27,097 nucleotides of DNA. Source: a virus (Duplodnaviria > Caudoviricetes). The translations under genes were made by a program, and so were the position numbers. The stretch is taken from the IMG/VR virus record IMGVR_UViG_3300044580_000387, positions 1-27,097 of that record; one strand, given 5' to 3'. Within the stretch, counting starts at the first letter, position 1, and each line of letters begins with the position of its first letter. This document shows, in pieces, positions 25,971 to 27,097 of the stretch. Below the pieces are notes generated by a model. It did not search any database and was not told the origin of the DNA. It was given only the letters and a program-made list of their open reading frames with translations.

Positions 25971-25996
25971 ATGGCATGGCAGGTATGCCATGCCAT
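25971..25996. other. Perfect 11-bp inverted repeat downstream of gam
   Basis: ATGGCATGGCA-GGTA-TGCCATGCCAT; no adjacent U-tract. Confidence 0.7.
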
Positions 25997-26006
25997 CTAT
26001 TCCTAA

Positions 26007-26540
26007 CTATCGTATCAGGCTGTCAACCTCTTCCTTTTTTGGCTCTACAAAAAAGGTTTCATCCTGGTCAACAACAATTCCAACCCTAGGAAATAGCTCC
26101 GAAATATCTGTGTTATCCCTATCGGCGAGTAGTTTATCCTTAGCCGGCTCCTCAGTTATACGCACGTATTGCGGCAGAAATTCCTTAAGTAGCTGAGTTA
26201 CTGCCCCCCAGGTAAACCCTTTAAGCGTTTTCAATTTTGGCGTACCAATTCTGAAACCCATGGTACCATGGACAGTTTCAATACTCTTTTTAGTCTTAAA
26301 TAGCACCCCTTTTTGCTCTGTCGCGTAGGCTTGAAGGATATCGAATTTATCATCCTTAACCTGCTGCAGCTCCGCCAGGATTTCCTGGTATTTTTCTCTC
26401 ACACGGGTTATCTCTACATCCATTCGGGATGTAATTTGTTGCAGCCGTGCGTCTGCATCTGCAAATGCTGCAAACGCATCATCTGCCTGCTCCCTCGTAA
26501 CACCTTGTATCACGAGTTTTTTTTCTCTTGTTTTTGCCAT
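26007..26540 (-). CDS. gam: Mu Gam-like host-nuclease inhibitor (DNA end-binding)
   Basis: Coiled coil then 'KKSIETVHGTMGFRIGTPKL', 'VRITEEPAKDKL', 'QDETFFVEP'; probable start MAKTREKK at 26540. Confidence 0.85.
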   Translation of the reverse strand: MAKTREKKLVIQGVTREQADDAFAAFADADARLQQITSRMDVEITRVREKYQEILAELQQVKDDKFDILQAYATEQKGVLFKTKKSIETVHGTMGFRIGTPKLKTLKGFTWGAVTQLLKEFLPQYVRITEEPAKDKLLADRDNTDISELFPRVGIVVDQDETFFVEPKKEEVDSLIR

Positions 26541-26550
26541 TTTTTTTATT

Positions 26551-26775
26551 TTAAGGTTCCAAACTTTCGAGTTCAAATACAAGTTCCCTGTATCGCCATA
26601 TCATGTCTTCTGTATCCCGCTTCACTGCTTCGTAGGTATGCCGTTTGCGGTTTTCCGGCATGGCTAGCCACCTATTACGATGTTCAATTAGCTGCTTTAA
26701 CGCAGCAATTTCGCCCTTAACAATTTCGCGGCTGCGCTCGGCAGGCGAAATCGTTCTTGTTTTAATGTTGTTCAT
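26551..26775 (-). CDS. Hypothetical protein
   Basis: 74-aa ORF tightly packed in early operon. Confidence 0.65.
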   Translation of the reverse strand: MNNIKTRTISPAERSREIVKGEIAALKQLIEHRNRWLAMPENRKRHTYEAVKRDTEDMIWRYRELVFELESLEP

Positions 26776-26780
26776 AGCAT

Positions 26781-27097
26781 TTAATTTAGGTTTGACAACT
26801 CGTGCTCTATTCTGGAAATCTCGGCGCCTACCTGCCTGGAGGTATTATTTCGCCTTGCAAATTCATAGTAAACCTGCCTAAGACGGCTTACTGGTATGCT
26901 GTTAAAGTTCTCATAACCAGATGCCCGGCAGGCAACTGCCTTTATGCTTTCTGCATTCTCCGCGTAGTTCAAACGACGTAGGTATGCGCCTATTACTGCC
27001 ATACACCGCTTGCGCCATTTATCGTCATCGGGGTTGCGGGTCTGGAGTAATTCAATGGCTCTAAGCAGCTCATCAATGCTCAGCTGCTTGGACGATT
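26781..27097 (-). CDS. GemA/Mu gp16-like protein, 5'-truncated by window edge
   Basis: Frame open to edge: 'SSKQLSIDELLRAIELL...DKWRKRCMAVI...FNSIPVSRLRQVYYEF'. Confidence 0.55.
   Translation of the reverse strand, partial: SSKQLSIDELLRAIELLQTRNPDDDKWRKRCMAVIGAYLRRLNYAENAESIKAVACRASGYENFNSIPVSRLRQVYYEFARRNNTSRQVGAEISRIEHELSNLN

Larger units (their letters stand above)
253..27097. mobile_element. Mu-like transposable siphophage/prophage of a Bacteroidetes host (partial; continues past right edge)
   Basis: Mu-type gene set (DUF935-like portal, MuF, gp36-, gpG-, gp37-like, Gam, GemA-like), tail tube + tape measure without sheath, TAnnTTTG promoter elements, AT-rich start contexts. Confidence 0.88.

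Overview
27 kb of a Bacteroidetes-type, Mu-like (transposable) siphophage or prophage. The left arm (minus strand, 822-16034) carries prohead protease/scaffold, a putative decoration protein, major capsid protein, an embedded lysis cassette (amidase, holin-like protein, u-spanin-like lipoprotein), tail tube, G/GT chaperones, tape measure, distal tail and a large tail-tip protein with an 867-bp tandem duplication. A divergent packaging operon (plus strand, 16216-22258) encodes TerS, TerL, a gp36-like protein, a portal-MuF-PBECR-like nuclease fusion, a gpG-like protein and a gp37-like protein. The right arm (minus strand, 22370-27097) holds early/middle genes (GemA-like, Gam, DnaA-C-like, ASCH-like, putative late activator). 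Two lipoprotein morons are present; no transposase or repressor lies in the window. The most notable candidate system is the portal-MuF-nuclease gene: it has a slippery site plus hairpin at the portal/MuF junction, no adjacent immunity ORF, and is met head-on by a predicted ~130-nt structured ncRNA with its own Bacteroidetes promoter and terminator (candidate RNA antitoxin). Also notable are a ~12-fold local TGCA enrichment at 24038-24870 and a gene split at an A7 run. All family calls come from motif recognition and synteny, not database searches.
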